A stretch of 46,437 nt of DNA from Octopus bimaculoides (taxonomy: Eukaryota), in NCBI RefSeq assembly GCF_001194135.2, contig NC_068996.1:25476306-25522742 (forward strand). Reading direction: 5' to 3'. Positions 1 through 12,157 of this stretch are shown here, in pieces. Numbering within the stretch: the stretch's first letter is position 1; each line of letters opens with the position of its first letter. Position numbers and translations under genes: made by a program. The notes beneath the pieces are model-generated. The model was not told the DNA's origin. It saw only the letters and a program-made list of their open reading frames with translations, and did not search any database.

Positions 1-129
1 ATATATAATATGCTTATCTACCTACCTACCCTCTGTATGTTTTATGTATATGCCTATCTATCTATCTATCCCTCGATCTATCTGTTTGTCTGTCTGGATG
101 TATGCATGTATGTGTGCTCTCAAGAGAGC

Positions 130-720
130 ACCTCTGTGCCTGGGAACTTGTCTTGCTTGGTAATGTTCAGCAGCTTTCTCAGGCAGTTCATGTTTAGTTT
201 TTTGGCATGGCATTTGTAAACTGTCCAAGTCTCAGAGACATACAGTTGCGTAGGCAGTACAACAGCTCTCCTTTTTCACACTGATTCATGTAGCTGCCCA
301 AATACTGAGCTTCCCTTGGTGATGCATATGTTAATGTCTTTGTCAATGTTCATAGGTCTGGAGAGTGTGCTGTTGAAGTACATGAACTTATCAACAACCT
401 TCAGGGTTTCTCCTCTCATCCTCTCAAAGTGATAGCTGGTTCCCCATACGGCTTTGTCAGGACAGGTTAGTACATGACCCCTGTCTTTTGAGTACTGATT
501 GGGATGCATGTAGTGACTGGCTGGGGTAGTAGCTCTGATGGGATAACATGTGGTGCTTTTCAAAGTAGTTCGTCGACTTTGGTCCTCACCCAACAGTCAG
601 CATTCACCCATGGCTCCTCAAACCTGTCTGCATACAACAGCAGTGATACCCTGGGCTTCCGCTTCCACTGGCTGGCTAAACCATGGTGAGGGTAGCCAAC
701 AGCTCTGAAACCCCAGGTGA
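130..720 (-). mobile_element. RTE-clade LINE reverse-transcriptase fragment (decayed)
   Basis: Minus translation GETLKVVDKFMYFNSTLSRPMNIDKDINICITKGSSVFGQL resembles the RTE/BovB motif VVDKFTYLGSTLSR..IDDEV..RIAKAS.AFGRL; stops and frameshifts present. Confidence 0.8.
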
Positions 721-799
721 GCTAGGGATTGTCTGCCTATGTATGTGAAGACTGGAACTAGCAGACTATGTGGAGGAAACCATCTTATATCTATTTCTC

Positions 800-826
800 T
801 CTCTCTCTCTCTATTTTATTTATGTA

Positions 827-885
<59 letters not shown>

Positions 886-1033
886 GCTCAAGTACCTACC
901 TACCCTGTGTATGTTTTGTGTATGTATGTATCTATATACACATGTGCACGCAATACACTTATATACACATGATATATATATATGTCGGAAATAAAAGAAT
1001 TCATTTAACATATGCGTATTACTCCATTTATTA

Positions 1034-1082
<49 letters not shown>
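800..1082. repeat. (TA)n microsatellite cluster
   Basis: Directly visible TA runs. Confidence 0.95.
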
Positions 1083-1086
<4 letters not shown>

Positions 1087-1299
1087 TTCCTAATACAGTT
1101 GTCAACCAGTCATCTTGTCCCATTTGTGAGTCTACAAAGCTTCCTCATTCCTCACAGCTGCTTTTGGTTCAAGATCAATAGGTTGTCCTTGGCAGAGATT
1201 CCTAATTCCTAATCTGTCACCTGTTGTCTTACCTTTGCTGCTGCTGCAGTTGTCAGTGACATCATTAATAGTTTACTGATGCAGTGAATACCTGCCAAA

Positions 1300-1329
1300 T
1301 ACGTCATTACCGCCACCAAAACCACCGCC

Positions 1330-1360
<31 letters not shown>

Positions 1361-1445
1361 GTGATAACAGCAGCAGCTGGTGTAGTGGTAGTAGCAGTAG
1401 TATTAGTATAGTAGCAATAGCAATAGAAACAGCATCAGCAGCAAC
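1300..1445. repeat. Compound trinucleotide repeat (ACC/AAC/AGC/AGT)
   Basis: Directly visible. Confidence 0.85.
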
Positions 1446-1698
1446 AGTGCCACAGACATTGTCTTATGAGGCAGCATTTTGTAGCAGGATTTCCTATCTC
1501 ATTTGGCTAAATCTCATTCATTCAATAATAAGTGTTTCAGACCATAAAGTAACATATTACAGGTAAGGGTTGGGAGATAGCGATTAACATAGAGGAGTAA
1601 ATCTACCCAGGCATATTACTGGTATGCGTGTATTGATCTGAACTGGTTTGAAGGATATAACTAAAGATTGCAAATAATTTTGTTCTATGCATCACCGG

Positions 1699-1808
<110 letters not shown>

Positions 1809-2152
1809 CACACTCACATACAAAATTCAGCGACTCTTTATTCTTGCTTCTTGTTCCTGACTTTATGAAAACATGGATTTTATTTGCTGATTTTGATTTG
1901 CAAGTCTGATTGTTGATTCAGGAGATTTTTAGATTTTATCTTGATGAATAAAAGACAATTGAATCCATATTCACACAAGTATGTCATTCTAAATACAATG
2001 AAGATACAGTCATTGGTCATAGTCTTTTAACAATTAAAATTACGTTTAAAGTTCTTTGTGTGAATAGTTATTTTTAAGAGCAAGTTAATAATTTTATTCT
2101 GGAAATTAATTTTAATAAAGCATATACTTTCCCCAAATTGAGAATTCCTGAC

Positions 2153-2154
<2 letters not shown>

Positions 2155-2218
<64 letters not shown>
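2155..2218. repeat. (AG)n microsatellite
   Basis: Directly visible. Confidence 0.95.
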
Positions 2219-2223
<5 letters not shown>

Positions 2224-2444
2224 TCGACATTAGATCTGGCTTTGGTAGGCCACTGGCCTTCCACCACTATCATTTAGTATCTTCGGAAAGAGATGGAAAC
2301 AGATTAAGATGTATTAACTGATAATGGAATTAGTTCAATCTTCATCTCAATCTGCAGAAAAGACTGTTGAGGGGCCTAATTTCCACAAATTGGTGGATTG
2401 GTACTGATTTGTTACAGCATAGTAAGACTTTCATTATTCATTTC

Positions 2445-2680
2445 AGCTGTCTATCCTCTGAGTTCAAATCCAGCCAAGGTCAACTTTACCTTTCATCAAT
2501 TTTAGGGTTGATAAAACTTAGGTACCAGTCCTTGACAATGGATTGGTGGAATTATTAGTGTCGGATAAGAGGCCTTGTGCTATTTGTTCTGATGCTATGT
2601 ACTCGGAGTTCAAATCCCATCAAAGTCAACTTTGCTTTTCTTCTATTTGGGGGTCAATGAAATAAAGTACTAGTTCATAG
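2445..2680 (+). mobile_element. Two partial tRNA-derived SINE copies (family B)
   Basis: CTGAGTTCAAAT..GGTCAACTTT..CTTTCATC..AAGTACCAGT core recurs at 26425 and 32390. Confidence 0.65.
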
Positions 2681-2787
2681 TAATGGTGATGGTTTTGGTA
2701 GATTTGTCATTAGTGTATTAGAGAAGATATCTTATGGCATTTATTCTGGTTCTTTGGAAGGTAAACACAATCTATCACTTAGTTTAA

Positions 2788-3007
2788 CCCTTTCATTATT
2801 GTATTTATTTTGAGATGTTCTGCGTTTCTTTCAATTACTTTAAATATAACAAAGAATTTAGTAAAATAACTTAGTTATCATTAAGCTAGTGTTAGGAACA
2901 TAAATTGTGACTAAGGTTTGGTGGAAGATTTTAATTCAAAACTTTTGAAAACAAGACATTTGTACTCAGAGCCAGAGCCGGTTTCAGCCGGGTTGGTAAT
3001 GAAAGGG
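2788..3007. mobile_element. piggyBac-like MITE, 220 bp
   Basis: TTAA at 2784-2787 and 3008-3011; perfect 11-bp TIR CCCTTTCATTA/TAATGAAAGGG. Confidence 0.8.
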
Positions 3008-3293
3008 TTAACACCACTGTCTGGCCCTTAGGTGCCATTTGTGGAGTTCACTCTGTTGTAAGCATTTAGACCATGTCTTTGGTCTAGGGATAACTTCCTC
3101 TTTTCATCCCACCAGCTTTGGTGGCCCTGCAGAAGGTAGAGGATCATAGACACTATTCTAACCTTCTCTGAATAAAATGGTATAAAAAAATAGGATAAAA
3201 ATACAACTGCATATTTATTCATTTATTTATTACCCAACTTTGTATTGGTACTCTAATAAATTATTATCACTTTATAGACCAGTTCTACCTTAA

Positions 3294-3513
3294 CCCTTTA
3301 GCATTTAAACCAACCATATCCGGCCCAAATTTTCTACTTGTTTTATGTTTAAACTGGCTAGATCCAGCCTCTTATACCTACCCTACTATGTCATTCTAAA
3401 AATATACAATTACGCCATTGAAATCTTGAAGCTATGTGATAATGCATGATTAATTCAAAACAGTATGGATAAATAAGCATTACATTTGACAGACTAATGT
3501 GAATGCTATAGTG
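3294..3513. mobile_element. piggyBac-like MITE, 220 bp (second family)
   Basis: TTAA at 3290-3293 and 3514-3517; TIR CCCTTTAGCATT vs AATGCTATAGTG (2 mismatches). Confidence 0.7.
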
Positions 3514-4082
3514 TTAAGCATTCACTGTCCATATTTTCCATCATATATGGGAGTTATCTCCCTTGCTGTTATATCAGATATTAAACACCTCCCAGGGGGA
3601 GGTTTTGTCTACTAATTGCTTGTTTAACCTCAGTTGAATGAAATATTATGATCCACTATATTATGTAAGTGAGACACTACCATTTGATCTGTTTAGGTTG
3701 GTTAAATATAAAAAATAAAGAAGAAAATCGTTATTAATATAGTGCAGTTTGTAACATGGCATGTGTTAAGTACAAAGCTGATCAAACTTGTATGCAACAT
3801 TCCACACTATAAATGAGTTAATCCAGTATTTCTCATTGGGAGAGCCTGCACTTGCTAGAATGAGATGATTGACTGAAGTTGTTTGGATGCTAATGGTTTG
3901 GCATTGCAGATTAAACATTTAGCTCATTTTGGTAACAAAACTTTTTGGTGCTGGAGGAAAATGCACATACATGTGTGTGCAAAAATATACACATACAGAT
4001 AGAAAGAGTGTGAGAGAGGGAAAGGGGGAGGGAGACATTAAAAAATAATTATTAGCGACAGAGGCAATATTATTACTGAGAT

Positions 4083-4742
4083 ATAATATTTATTCCCACT
4101 TAAACATGAATGTTCTGTTAGAACAAACTATACTGTGGTAGATACCACAAGAGAAACTTTCATATAGGTTTTGGTGCAAAATGCAGCCTTGTTTATATTG
4201 CTAGTAGCGAAATAAATCCCTGCCACCTCCAGCACCGTGAGCACCAGATCGTGTGATTTTCACCTCCCTTGGTTATATTAATGATGAACACTACAGATAG
4301 CATCTCCCTGCTAGTGATTTATAGAAAACCAGTGCCAGAACAGCTGCTGGTATCACGATTAGTCAGTGAGCTTCTTAAAAAATATTTATTAGTAACAAAG
4401 CCAGTATTAATACTAAAAGGTAATATTTATTCCCACTTAAATGTGGATGTTCTGTTAGAACAGACTTTACTGTGGTAGTTACCATGAAGAAAACTCTCAT
4501 ACTAGATTTTTGGTACAAAATGTCTTGTTTATATCACTAACAGGGAGATAAATCTTGCTATCTCCAGGCCTGAGACCACTAGATCACTTGATTTTGACCT
4601 CCCTTGGTCTTGTCATTGATGAACTCTTGATCACTAGAGATAACAATGATTCACCTCCCTGCCAGTGATATATAGATTCTGATAGAACATACATATATGT
4701 TCTAACAGAACATTCACTTATAAGTGGGGTTAAATATTACCT
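4083..4742. repeat. Diverged tandem duplication (about 335-bp period); second unit bounded by a 45-bp inverted repeat (MITE-like)
   Basis: TAATATTT.ATTCCCACTTAA...GTTCTGTTAGAACA at about 4085 and 4418-4462; inverted copy at 4698-4742 (40/45 identical). Confidence 0.7.
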
Positions 4743-5199
4743 CTTGAAGACATTACAATACAATTACAATGTGGGTATTGTACAGTGGCGCAGATAAATT
4801 GTCATGATTAATAAAATTAGCATGGTTTAAAAAATTTTAAACTTGCCCAAACATCATAGTAAAGACAAGAACGACATGGATGATGAAACTGTTTTGTGTT
4901 CTCATTAATAAAAAGAGGTGACAGGGACAAAATATTTTCACTAAGGTTTTTTTTTTTGCGTGTAGTGACAGGTGGTGGTAGTTGTCAGTTTGAGAATTGT
5001 TGGGTTTGTCTAAACAAGATCTTTTTTTTTATTAAACATCACATATCAAATTTGTATGTTACTAAATGTTGAAACTGACTATGCATGCTTGAGTGTGTGC
5101 ATGTGTATGAATCTGAATCATTATAAGCGATAAGTGTTGATTGTGGTAACATTATGTTAATATGACCACTGCCATTAACAACAGTGAAACATAGTCACC

Positions 5200-5481
5200 A
5201 CCACCTTCACCACCTGCCGCAGTCACCACCACCACCACCACACTTACATAAACATTAGCTTTCACTTTGTTTATTTGTTTTTTTTTTGTATGATAGTAAA
5301 ATATGAATTAAGTGGATAATGCACACCTAGATAAACAAGGCCTGGAGAGATGGATGGGACAGTATTGTCAAGGCTGGAATGTCTTTGGTCATAGGTTAGC
5401 TCAGTCAGGATTAAGCCAGGGGCAAAACAACAACTGCAATAGCAACAACAATAACAACAACAACAAACACAAAATGCCACC

Positions 5482-5512
<31 letters not shown>

Positions 5513-5560
5513 GGCTATGACAACAACTACAACAACAGCAACAGCAATAGCCATAACAAC
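5200..5560. repeat. (ACC)/(AAC) low-complexity repeats
   Basis: Directly visible. Confidence 0.8.
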
Positions 5561-6789
5561 ACTCACTCTCAATACTAACTCTAATAACTATTTTAATAAA
5601 TCAGAATGAATACCAATAACTCCCCAAACAACAGAAGAGATGGCTGCCCGCAAATGTAATTTGAATTAGAGTGGCTGTTCCAGTGCATCTACCTTGCTAT
5701 CCTCTAGGGCAATGTTTTTCCCATTTAGTCTACTTGGACCATGAGATGGACTGACAATCCTTTTTAGATATTTCTCTGCTGTAAGGAAGAGGAAAGATAT
5801 AATGATTAAGGCAGGCCTTTAAGCATCATTTCAATAAGCATTATTGTCTGAAATATGTTGTTTAGGTTTATATTAATGTATAACATTGGATCCAATCCCA
5901 TATTATGTCACATAGAAATCACAATACAATCATGTGCACAACTGAGATTTTATCCAATGTACAGCCATTGTTTATGTGATAGTTTGGTGGCATGGCTAGA
6001 ACTTTCTATGAGTGAGGCCTACAAATACAGCAAATTGGGTGCCAAAAATTCAGCTGTCTGTGGATTTATAGCTATTTTCACAGTTGCATATTCAACCTGG
6101 AAAGACTGAAAAAGAAGACACACTATGGCAACTGAATATGTATTTGCTATGTAAAGATTAGCCCAAATGTCGAGTTTCTAACAAAGACTTTCTGTATGTG
6201 TCATATTATGCTGTTTCATCCAAATGTTTCCATTAATTGTATTACACGAACATCCTTTCTATTAATGTAACAAATAAATTATTTTCTAATACATAAAGAA
6301 GCTTTCCTTGTTACAAATGTATCACTCCACAGGAGAGACTGTATATTGTATGAAGTCATGATGTGCATTTTTATCTCCCACAAAATCACACCCTGCCATT
6401 TTTTTGTCTTTAGAAAAGAAGGGTATATTAGGTGATGTAATTCGGAGTTCATTGACTCAAGGAAAAAAAATGAGATAGTCGTGGTCAGAACATCTTTGAT
6501 TGGAAATTTGTTTAAGTTTGAGTGAGTAAGCAGCATCTGATAGTGAGGTTTCAGATTAGGAGTTCAACAGTTTTGAGGAGTATGGAGTTACTCTCTTGTC
6601 ACTGTTACTGGGCCAGAGTGGTAGTATCTATCAAAGGCCTCACTCATGGATCAAATAGCAGAAAGTGTTCCTACGGTCAAGGCATAAGTTAGAGATACAA
6701 CATAAACAACAACACTATTTTTTGGTGTTGTGTTGGTGGGAGAAACTGGCGTAAACATAAAGATACATAAATACACATACATACCTCCA

Positions 6790-6950
6790 CCCCTACCCCA
6801 ACACGATAGATTTCTGCACAGTTTCCGTTCACTAAATTCCACTCCTGGTCTATCATCGGTCAATCTGAGATTACAGTACCCAAGGTGCCACACTCAGGGA
6901 TTGAACCCAGAACTCTGTGTTTGTGGTGTGATCACACGACCATGCCTGCA
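6790..6950 (-). mobile_element. SINE family A, decayed 5' part
   Basis: Similar to the head of the full copies at 7172-7549 and 19595-19972. Confidence 0.55.
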
Positions 6951-7171
6951 CCTAAGTTTTGTTTTAACTTTCAAAACTTTTTATTCATTTATTTATTGAA
7001 AGTGTAGACCATTGCTGGTTTCCTTGTAGTCTATTTTTCTTTCTCTTGTTTTACTTAACCTGTCCTAAATACATCTCAGATATATCCAAGTTGTTGTTTT
7101 CTTAGATCAAATATAATCAAATAGACCAGCTGTGACTGAACATAGCTTTTATTATTGTAAGTTTTTATAGT

Positions 7172-7549
7172 AATCTTTTATCTTTAACTTGTTTCCATCA
7201 TTAGACTGAGGCACCACCTTGAAGAATTTCAGTCAAATGAATTGATCCCAGTATTTATCTTTTTCGAAGCCTGGTGCTTATTCTATAGGTTTCTTTTGCT
7301 GGACTGTTAAGATATGGGGACATAAATGTACCAACACCGGTTGTCAAGTAGTGGTTGGGGACAAACACAGATACACGTGCGCGCAACAGATTTCTTTCAG
7401 TTGCCGTCTATCAAATCCACAAACAAGACTTTGGCTGGCCCAAGTTTATAGTAGAACATTCTTGTCCTAAGTGCATACACAGTGGAACTGAACTGGGAAC
7501 CATATAGTTAGGAAGCAAACTTCTTACCACACAGCTACAACTGCGCCTA
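7172..7549 (-). mobile_element. tRNA-derived SINE family A, full length
   Basis: Minus head TAGGCGCAG..GCTGTGTGGTAAGAAG (A-box-like)..GTTCAGTTCC (B-box-like), central GGATTTG.TAGACGG.AACTGAAAGAA, tail AAACAAGT.AAAGATAAAAGA; multiple copies in window. Confidence 0.85.
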
Positions 7550-7559
7550 CAGAACTATT

Positions 7560-8950
7560 TTATCCAATGTGATTTGGGGGTCGTTTGAATCAGCTAGAGT
7601 GTGTTGTCCTGGACTTCCAAGTCTATATAAGCCAATACAGCATACCCAGAAGTGTCGTCCCCATAAAAGCGTCACCTGGAGGTAAACCGCCCTCTCGTCC
7701 TCTCCCCAATTTTTTCACGTGTGGGAGGTCGAAGGAATGAACAACCACTTGTATACTAATATAACTCTATTAGCAAATCTATGTGGGGGAGGTGGCCTGT
7801 ATTAGTGTAGTTATGGTGAGGAAATACTTGATGAATCTTGAGAGAAAACAAAACATTGAGTACGGACTATAATTACGGTGTGAGGGAGAAAGTTTGGAGA
7901 ATCCAGCGTTTCGGTGAGTGCGTGTATAGCGGAGCAAGGGGGGGGGGTTCTTTCGTCAAGATAAAGAAAAAAAGAAACGGAAAAGAAAATTTACGTGGAA
8001 AGTAGCGCTGTTGGATAGTAACGGCGACTGGGAAGGAAAAGGATGAGAAGATAACGATACAATTGGAGGAGGAATATTAGCGCGCGTGTATGTTTTATAT
8101 ATACACACACACATTCTGTATGTGTGTGCACATGTTTGTATGTGTAAGTGAAAGGGAGATGAAGGCGCCCACACTTGATCTTGTTTCACTTTTATTCTTA
8201 TCAGCTACCATTAGGCGTCAGTCGAATACGCCCAAACTGTTGTGTTTATTGCCGGTTGATTCTCACTTGACTTAAGCGTTAGTCGTTCAAACCAAACGTT
8301 ACGTTTAAATATAAAACGTTTAATTAAGAAACTCTGGTCAGCTCTGCTCGGGAAAACCTATTTCAGATGAATGGAGAATTAGTTTGACGGTGAGAATTTG
8401 GTTGCTACTGCAAACAGGTACTCCTACTTCCACCATCGAGACGCAAATATTTTGTTTCGTCTCAGGTCAGCCGCTGGTCCAGCAGGCATCTTATTCAAAA
8501 ATGTTCTGTTGCGTTGTTCTTGTTATCGTTCTTTATCCACAAATCAACTCTAATAGAACAAATCAAAAGTATTCTAGCCATCATCAACCAATAATTTTTT
8601 CCAGCAGTACATTTCCCAGTGTATCTTATCCATTCTAAAGACGTTAAGGTTGTGTATCCTATCTTTTATTCCGTTTGAATATATCTAAAACTAATCCAAA
8701 GCTTACTGGCTCACATTTGTTTTTAAGGATAAAAGGATGGAATTTGGTTGATATTTCTAGCAGATCGAGTGTCCACGTATTAGGCTCCCTTGTTTTATCA
8801 ATAAATTTAAATAGCGCTCGTCTTTTTAAGGGGGAGGTAACTCAGAAGAGTATTCTTGCAGTTCCGAAAGAAGACTACTGCAAGTTGGGACACGAACAGT
8901 AGACTAGAAAATATCCTGATTTATAAAGATTTACATATCGCCATCATTCT
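7560..8950. promoter_or_regulatory. CpG-retaining unique region, candidate promoter / first-exon zone
   Basis: Visibly high CpG density against CpG-depleted flanks, no recognisable repeat; plus-strand donors CG|GTGAGT (7914) and CG|GTGAGA (about 8389), acceptor TTTTGTTTCGTCTCAG (8465). Confidence 0.45.
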
Positions 8951-9276
8951 TTTTAAAAATGTGTGTGTGTGTGCACGTGTTCACTTATTTTAATTTAAAG
9001 TAAATTTTGACCAGCTACCTACTTGCTAGCAATCTTATGAAAGAAAACCTCTTGTTTCGTTAATCATCCTTTATATCTTAAGAAGGTCTTGCAGATTTTT
9101 ATTGTCCTAGATATTGTGATCTTTTGCAGTGTATGAATTAAAGATTTGTATTCTCTTTCCAAGATCCTATGTTCCGCCATTACTTTGTTCCAGATGGGTT
9201 GGTATGTATCTTGTTCCTCCAGGCATGAAGTTGAAAGTACTAGGTTTGCAAACTCCCTATCAATGATCAATAGATG

Positions 9277-9662
9277 TTTAGGAGAGTGGGTTATATATCT
9301 TTAGATATACACCTAACTCTCCTACATTAAATTGGAAGAGAACTGAACGCAGAAACTCCAAACTGATCAACAACAACAAATATTTATTGTTCGGTGGAAA
9401 AGGAAAACAGCTTCTAATTGTCCGGTTTTAAAGTAGCCTGAAATGTAGATGTACGGTTCTTCGTGTTGGTGTCGTTATAAAGACAACTTGGTTCAACCAC
9501 ACTCAAATGGGAGAGCTTGCTTAGACGTCTTGCTTGGTCGTTGTCTGCCTTTGTAAGAGACCGAATAAATAGCGGGAATGCTTCGATGTTGAAACCCAAT
9601 CATGCGTGGTTAAGGATTCAGCAATGGCGTCGGCCTTTTGGCGCCAATGTGACGTCACTACA
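9277..9662 (-). mobile_element. Solo-LTR-like insert A (386 bp), probably Gypsy-type
   Basis: 4-bp TSD GATG (9273-9276, 9663-9666); minus 5' end TGTAGTG; AATAAA 9383-9388; terminal hairpin 9277-9326; removal restores LINE frame KVYIY*SLIGSLQ. Confidence 0.75.
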
Positions 9663-12157
9663 GATGTACACTTTCTTCTGTATTTTTCTAACCACATTGG
9701 TGTCCAGAGGGCAGCTGATTTCCACAACAGAACATATCTTTTCGTTGTGGTCCCACACAATATCTGGCTGGTTGGGTTTTAACTTGGTGGCTATTTTCAT
9801 TTCTAAGTTCCACCAACATTCTTTTAATCCATTGGTCTCAATATAGTCAACATTATTTGTAGGTGTATTCTTTTTTGTTGTTCTGATCCAGACTGTTGTG
9901 ACCACTGCATCATGCCTCATGCATGGGAAGATTATATCTGGAAGACATTCCCTCACAGTTGGCAATAATATGGTTGACATCTTGGTCTTACACAGCCTAC
10001 ATTTGTTGCCTATCAATGTTTTCTGCCTTTTATGTTGTAGGCACTTAGTGGAAATCTCTTGGTAGCCTTCAAAGAGGGATGTCATAAACTTGTTACTACT
10101 CCGTGCCAAGCTTTTGACATGATCAATCCCATCTATGGTTTGCGTTTTTCATGTGAAATACCCATGTACTATCTTCTCAATGAGTTGGTCCATCTTTTTA
10201 TTTTGTTGTTATAAGTAGAATTTACCAATACTTCTTGGAGAGAAATCTGTATCAGCTCTTATTTCACACCTCTCCTCAAGTTCATTAGCTAGCCTAATTA
10301 TATTATTGGTTTCGTGGTCACAAACTGGGCAAGATAGTCACTAGTCTCTTTCCTCTGCTGCAGATGTTTCAGTTTCACAATACATGCTTCATATCATGTC
10401 AATACAATTTTGAGACCACAGCCACCATCCTTGTGTGGGAAGTATAACCTGTCTACATCTCCATTGATGTTGAAGTTTCCTGTAACACTGAACTGCTAGC
10501 AAGTTCAAACAATTATCTCATTGAGTTCTTTTAGTGACCCAATTCAGAAGAACAGATGTTGGTGTGAGGACAGGCACTGCAAAAGTGTTATGGGCAATAT
10601 GCTTGTTGTAAGTTGAGACTTCTGATGACCATATTCTCTTTACTCTCCTGAGGTGTTCATTTCTGATCCCTTCCTTATTTATGGCTCCATCATATCTGAC
10701 ATTCTTATCTTGTCCAAGATTATAATTGTTATCTGACTGTAGAGGTTGTATTGCCAGGCCATTCAGTTCTAGGTTTTCAGAAGAGGGCACAACTTTTCCG
10801 CATTCTATTGTTAGTAGAAAATTGGATAATGAGCTCTAATTGCATTTTATTATGGTTGATACTTGGCTCATGTAGTTTCAGGTCATCAATAAAGAAAAGA
10901 TGGGAGATACTTCTGGATCCATTGCTATGGCCACAATGCTTTGTGGACAGGTATGATAGTGAATTTAATGAGAGGACAGAGGGCAACACTGACAGGCTAT
11001 CACTCTGAAAGATGCCTTTTTGGTAGTGAATGCTATTCAATTCAGTTTTATCCTTATCATTCCTAAGGAGTAAAGTGATGTACTAAGATTTGGTCAGGTA
11101 TTTAATAGCACTCACTAGTGGTTGTGGGACTTTGGCTAACTGTAAGACCTTAAGAATCCACTCATGTGATATACTCTCAAAAGCCTTCTGGTAATCCAGC
11201 TACTCTACAATTAAGTTCCTGTGATTTTTTTCTGTGTTTTCTTTTCTTTTTGTTAATTAGTAGCTGCTATATATGGTCCTACACTTTCTTTTCTCAAGCT
11301 TGCTCAGGTGTTGTTGATGGCACACTGATCTTGTAAGAATAGATTGTGGCACCCTGTGTAAAATTTGTTCAATGATATTCTGGTAGGCTATTGGGCTATA
11401 ATTTTTAGCAAGGGTTGTCTGGCTCTTCTTGGGGAGGAGGAGAGTAGTTGCAGTTGATAACCAATGAGGTAGTTCTTGTGTGCCTTTGGTACTTTCTCTA
11501 TACAACTGTATAAGATCTTGCCAATAAAAGTTGAAATTCTTCAGCCTTTATGAGGTCTGGGCCTGGGGATTTCCTGTTTGACATTTTCTGTAGAACTATT
11601 TTGAGTACTTCAGCATCTATTTCATATTGCTTTTGTTGGACATACTGGCAGTAGTCCTGTTCCAATTCTTTTAGCCATACAGCTTGTTTTTTGAACTCAT
11701 TATTTGTTTCCCATACAGATCTCCAGTAGCACCTCAACTTGATCTTTTGTGGGGGTGTCTTTTACATAGATTGACCCTTTTGCATTGAAACTGCAGTAAA
11801 TTATGTACCAGATCTCTGACACATAATTTATTGAGCATTTGCCACTTATATATTGTATATTTGTAATTTTAGTTTTTCATGTGTAGCTGTGAGTTGTTTC
11901 AGCACGTGCAGTTTAGAGGTTAGGTTTTTGAATCCTGTATCACCAAGTTATCTCTCTAGGTCTTCCTGTTCTCTGTGTTCATTTCATACCTATAACTATC
12001 TGTGAGATATTTTTTCACAGGAATAAAGTTTTATTTTTTAAGTAATGTACTGATGCTGGTTCAAGCTTTCAACTTGAATCTTGATTGCATGGTTTCAGCT
12101 CTTTGTGATACACGAGTAATGTAATAGCTGAGACATATAACTAAAAATTAATAATTT

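Noticed and set aside
5855-6109. 84-aa plus ORF and an overlapping short minus frame after a strong acceptor
   Set aside because: No recognisable family; the minus frame stops before a credible donor.
7594-7681. Possible plus-strand exon LECVVLDFQVYISQYSIPRSVVPIKASPG
   Set aside because: Weak acceptor, no recognisable homology, no partner exons.
8410-8500. Minus-strand TKYLRLDGGS resembling the SNF2 helicase YLRLDGST motif
   Set aside because: Flanked by in-frame stops with no other helicase motifs; likely chance.
9361-9390. AATAAA plus (TTG)n as the 3' tail of the R4-like LINE
   Set aside because: LINE coding sequence continues to about 9064; this signal belongs to insert A.
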